A DNA stretch of 52,601 nt from the sequence record SRR33789315_138, one strand, 5' to 3'. Made by a program: the position numbers and the translations under genes. This document shows positions 48,739 through 52,601 of this stretch, one piece after another (positions within the stretch are counted from its first letter, which is position 1; each line of letters opens with the position of its first letter). The notes below the pieces were generated by a model that was given only the letters and a program-made list of their open reading frames with translations, did not search any database and was not told where the DNA came from.

Positions 48739-50145
48739 TTATACGTGAAGCGCTCTATCTTCAGTTGCAGCTAGAGCCGCTTCTTTTACCGCTTCGGCAT
48801 ACGTAGGATGTGCATGTGACATACGCGCGATATCTTCTGCACTGGCACGATATTCCATTGCCGTAACACCTTCTGTAATCAAATCGGCTACACGGGCACC
48901 TACCATGTGTACGCCAAGAACCTCATCGGTTTTTTTATCAGCTAGGATTTTTACAAATCCGTCAGTATCGCCGCTGGCACGAGCACGACCTAAAGCGCGC
49001 ATAGGAAATTGTCCTACTTTATATTCTACACCAGCTTCTTTTAACTGTTCTTCGGTTTTACCTACTGAAGATACTTCTGGCCAGGTATATACAACACCGG
49101 GAATTAAGTTATAATCGATATGCGGTTTTTGTCCTGCAAGCGTTTCGGCTACAAAAACACCTTCTTCTTCTGCTTTGTGTGCTAACATAGCACCTTTTAT
49201 CACATCACCAATGGCATAAATATTAGCCACTTTGGTCTGTAAATGTGCGTTTACTTCTACTCTACCGCGATTATCAGTCTCAAGACCTGCGGCTTCCAGA
49301 TTTAATCCGTCTGTATAAGCACGACGTCCTACAGCAACCAATACATAATCGCCTTTAAACTCAACGTCTTGATCTTTTTTATCTTTGGCAGTAACCGTTA
49401 CCTCATCTCCATTGCGGGTTACGCCGTTTACTTTGTGCGAAAGATTGAAAGCGATTTTCTGCTTTTTCATCACTTTCATCAGTTCCTTGCTCTGCGCGCC
49501 ATCCATCGTTGGGATAATGCGATCCATATATTCTACCACGGTAACTTCAGAACCAAGGCGTTTGTAAACCTGACCAAGTTCCAGACCTATTACACCACCA
49601 CCAATAACGATAAGGTGTTTAGGTAATTCGGTTAGGCTCAAAGCTTCGGTTGAAGTGATAATTCTTTCTTTATCTATTTCGATAAAAGGCAAGCTAGATG
49701 GCTTACTTCCGGTAGCAATGATGGTGTTTTTTGCTGCTATCTCAACGTCATCCCCTTCCGCGGAAGCGATATGAATATGCGTAGCATCTTTAAAACTTCC
49801 CACTCCTTGATAGATAGTGATCTTGTTTTTGTCCATTAAAAACTCAATCCCTTTTGTAGTCTGCTCTACTACGCTTGACTTGCGGGACATCATTTTCTCG
49901 AAATTCAGTTTTATATCACCCGGAATTTCTATCCCGTGTTCTTCAAAATGCTTAAGTGCGTCTTCATAATGGTGTGAAGAATCGAGTAATGCCTTTGAAG
50001 GTATGCAACCTACATTAAGACAGGTACCACCTAAGGTTGAATATTTTTCTATTAATGCGGTTTTTAAACCTAACTGTGCACAGCGTATTGCCGCAACATA
50101 ACCACCGGGACCTGAACCGATCACGGCCACATCGTAATTTTCCAT
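48739..50145 (-). CDS. lpdA: Dihydrolipoyl dehydrogenase
   Basis: GSGPGGY, GGTCLNVGCIPSK, GGGVIGLE, HAHPTYAE. Confidence 0.97.
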   Translation of the reverse strand: MENYDVAVIGSGPGGYVAAIRCAQLGLKTALIEKYSTLGGTCLNVGCIPSKALLDSSHHYEDALKHFEEHGIEIPGDIKLNFEKMMSRKSSVVEQTTKGIEFLMDKNKITIYQGVGSFKDATHIHIASAEGDDVEIAAKNTIIATGSKPSSLPFIEIDKERIITSTEALSLTELPKHLIVIGGGVIGLELGQVYKRLGSEVTVVEYMDRIIPTMDGAQSKELMKVMKKQKIAFNLSHKVNGVTRNGDEVTVTAKDKKDQDVEFKGDYVLVAVGRRAYTDGLNLEAAGLETDNRGRVEVNAHLQTKVANIYAIGDVIKGAMLAHKAEEEGVFVAETLAGQKPHIDYNLIPGVVYTWPEVSSVGKTEEQLKEAGVEYKVGQFPMRALGRARASGDTDGFVKILADKKTDEVLGVHMVGARVADLITEGVTAMEYRASAEDIARMSHAHPTYAEAVKEAALAATEDRALHV

Positions 50146-50319
50146 AAAATTTATTTCACTTTTTTCAAGGATAACAAAGTTACAATTATTTGATTGGGCT
50201 GCACGTTTAAAATCAACCTATTGCTCTTTTATCTAACTGCTGCACCTTTTTGTTTAGTAAAGAATCATTTCATTAAAAAAAATTAAAATCCTTATACTTG
50301 TAGGTCTTAACCGTAACCT

Positions 50320-51783
50320 ATGCAAAATCTATCCCCGGATCCCAGTAATGAACATATTGTAGAAAACCGAGAATTGAATATTTGGGAAGCTTTAATTCCC
50401 GTTATCATTCTTATGGCGCTTCTTAGTTATAACATCTTTTTTGCTGATGGCGTCTGGCTGGGAGATTATTCTAATCAAATTATCTTATTATTAGGTGCTG
50501 GAGTAGCTGCTATTGTAGGGTTTTTAAATAAAACTACCCTTGCTACTATGGTAGCCGAAATTGTTGAAAATCTAAAAAGTGTTTTGGTTCCTATAATTAT
50601 TTTATTACTGGTTGGAGCCCTTGCGGGAACGTGGCTGGTAAGCGGAATCATTCCTGCCATGGTTTATTATGGTCTGGAAGTATTAAGTCCTGAAATTTTC
50701 TTACCGGCATCTGTAGTCATTGCTGCTATTATTTCTGTAGCGACAGGCAGTTCATGGACAACCTCAGCCACAGTAGGAATTGCACTTGTGGGAATAGGAA
50801 CCGCTTTGGGCATTCCTAGCGGAATGATCGCCGGAGCTGTTATTTCTGGCGCATATTTTGGAGATAAAATGTCTCCGTTGAGCGATACGACAAATCTTGC
50901 TCCTGCCCTAGCGGGCACCGATTTGTTTACCCACATACGCTATATGACCATTACTACGGTACCTACTATATTAATTACTATTGTCGCGTTTACCATTATG
51001 AGTTTTACGGTAGAGACCACTGGTGAAGCAGATGTAAGTGGCCTTTTAAATACTATTGAGACTACTTTTAATATTACACCACTACTCTTTATTGTTCCGG
51101 TGCTTCTCATCGCGTTGATCTTAATGAAAACCAAACCACTTGTCGCCTTAGGTGCCGGCGTATTGGGGGCGGCTGTTTTTGCTTTTATCTTTCAGCCTGA
51201 AATATTAGAAAGTCTTAATCCTTCAAAAATTTCGGCTATTGTCACCTCCATATTTTCAGATACTTCAATTACAACAGACAATGACACGCTGAATGAACTG
51301 TTTTCTGCTGGTGGAATGATAGGTATGCTTTGGACAATTCTCCTCATCATAAGTGCCATGATTTTTGGCGGCGTGATGGATGGCATTGGTGCCTTGGCTC
51401 GAATCACCACATCGCTATTAACCTTGGCACATACCATTTTTGGTCTTTTTGCCAGTACAGTAGTATCGTGTTTAGGACTAAATATTATTGCTTCAGATCA
51501 ATATCTTGCCATCGTAATTCCTGGTAAAATGTTTAAAAAAGCCTATGAAGATCGTGGCCTGGCTCCAGAAAATTTAAGTAGAACACTTGAAGATTCAGGA
51601 ACGGTAACCTCAGCTTTGATTCCTTGGAATACGTGTGGAGCTTATCAAAGTGGAGTTTTAGGCGTTTCTGTATCAGAATATTTTATTTACGCCATCTTTA
51701 ACTGGCTAAGTCCTTTTATGACGTTGATTTTTGCATTGTTTCAGGTTAAGATAAAACAGCTTGCGACAGCCAAAACTATCTAA
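50320..51783 (+). CDS. nhaC: Na+/H+ antiporter NhaC family
   Basis: TGSSWTT, GAYFGDKMSPLSDTTNLA, LSRTLEDSGT, IPWNTCG. Confidence 0.9.
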   Translation: MQNLSPDPSNEHIVENRELNIWEALIPVIILMALLSYNIFFADGVWLGDYSNQIILLLGAGVAAIVGFLNKTTLATMVAEIVENLKSVLVPIIILLLVGALAGTWLVSGIIPAMVYYGLEVLSPEIFLPASVVIAAIISVATGSSWTTSATVGIALVGIGTALGIPSGMIAGAVISGAYFGDKMSPLSDTTNLAPALAGTDLFTHIRYMTITTVPTILITIVAFTIMSFTVETTGEADVSGLLNTIETTFNITPLLFIVPVLLIALILMKTKPLVALGAGVLGAAVFAFIFQPEILESLNPSKISAIVTSIFSDTSITTDNDTLNELFSAGGMIGMLWTILLIISAMIFGGVMDGIGALARITTSLLTLAHTIFGLFASTVVSCLGLNIIASDQYLAIVIPGKMFKKAYEDRGLAPENLSRTLEDSGTVTSALIPWNTCGAYQSGVLGVSVSEYFIYAIFNWLSPFMTLIFALFQVKIKQLATAKTI

Positions 51784-52037
51784 AAATGTTAAAGTTTTCT
51801 TAACATAAAATTTATCGTAAAAACTCCAATAAGATTCTGTTAAAATACAACTGCTCGAACAGTTTTTTTCGCAGTGAATATGCTAAAAAATTAACACTTT
51901 CTTTTTTGAGGGCTACATTTTTGCAAAGCATAAATAAAACCTATACCCACATATTACTTCTATAAGCTGATTATATGCCCTCACAGGGTTATCAGCGTTA
52001 CTTTTGTCTCAAGATCTAACTTATAAAACAGTATAAA

Positions 52038-52601
52038 ATGACATTAGTAGGTAAACAATTTCCAGATTTAGATGTAGATGCCATGGACGAAATGGGCGAT
52101 ACTTTTAAACTAAACGTATTAGAAGAAGCAAAAAACAAAAACAAAAAGGTTATCCTTTTCTGGTATCCTAAAGATTTCACTTTTGTATGTCCTACAGAGC
52201 TTCACGCATTTGAAGCTGCTAAAGCAGAATTTGCAAAAAGAAATACAATTGTAATAGGAGCGTCTTGTGATACGCCAGAAGTGCATTTTGCTTGGTTAAA
52301 TGTAGCTAAAGATAATGGTGGTATAGAAGGTGTAACTTATCCTATTCTTGCTGATACTAACAGAAATCTAGCTAACCGTTTAGGTATTCTTGATATTGTA
52401 AACGAAAAATTTGATGAAGAAACTGGCACTTATACTGTAGAAGGTGATAATGTAACTTATCGCGCTACTTACCTTATTGATGAAGAAGGAAATGTATTTC
52501 ACGAAGGTATCAACCATATGCCATTAGGCCGTAACGTGAATGAGTTTCTACGTTTAATCGATGCTTTTACACACGTACAAGAAAAAGGTGAAGTTTGTCC
52601 T
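52038..52601 (+). CDS. ahpC: 2-Cys peroxiredoxin (AhpC/TSA), truncated by the window end; absent from the ORF track
   Basis: ATG at 52038: MTLVGKQFP...FWYPKDFTFVCPTE...GRN...GEVCP; -7 element TACTTTTG at 51999-52006. Confidence 0.9.
   Translation, partial: MTLVGKQFPDLDVDAMDEMGDTFKLNVLEEAKNKNKKVILFWYPKDFTFVCPTELHAFEAAKAEFAKRNTIVIGASCDTPEVHFAWLNVAKDNGGIEGVTYPILADTNRNLANRLGILDIVNEKFDEETGTYTVEGDNVTYRATYLIDEEGNVFHEGINHMPLGRNVNEFLRLIDAFTHVQEKGEVCP

Noticed and set aside
2157-51527. Many 60-180 aa ORFs in the track that overlap long genes (e.g. 14330-14875, 5368-5775, 23391-23747)
   Set aside because: Antisense or alternate-frame shadows of well-supported genes, with no recognisable motifs
51930-51975. 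OxyR site upstream of the peroxiredoxin
   Set aside because: Only one ATAA-N7-CTAT half matches, which is too weak in AT-rich DNA

Overview
Chromosomal window from an AT-rich Bacteroidota genome. It looks like a Flavobacteriaceae from the TAnnTTTG -7 promoters, AT-rich leaders without a Shine-Dalgarno and the gene content; I cannot fix the genus. Housekeeping-type genes sit at both ends: TonB-dependent receptor, ytxJ and clpB on the left; lpdA, nhaC and a truncated peroxiredoxin on the right. Between them is a large metabolic and accessory region. It holds a glyoxylate-shunt operon (aceB-aceA-pckA) with a divergent RamB/ScfR-type regulator, and a nearly complete purine/ureide catabolic pathway (adenine deaminase, XdhABC, PuuD, UraD-UraH fusion, AllB, AllC, AllE, a plant-type ureidoglycolate amidohydrolase and an AGT-like aminotransferase). 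It also holds nadAB, redox/detox genes and a LytS/LytTR pair. Several two-gene conflict-type modules are inserted: HigBA, two divergent HipA-like kinase + DUF3037-like pairs, and an ImmA/IrrE peptidase + PIN pair. Non-coding signals include a candidate ECF-sigma-driven sRNA, a sigma54-type promoter at clpB, a 42-bp palindrome at the ace operon, an attC-like inverted repeat, a nested REP-like cluster, and an HxlR gene that lacks a canonical start codon. No rRNA, tRNA, CRISPR array, integrase or transposase was seen. All family calls come from motif recognition by eye, not from database searches.
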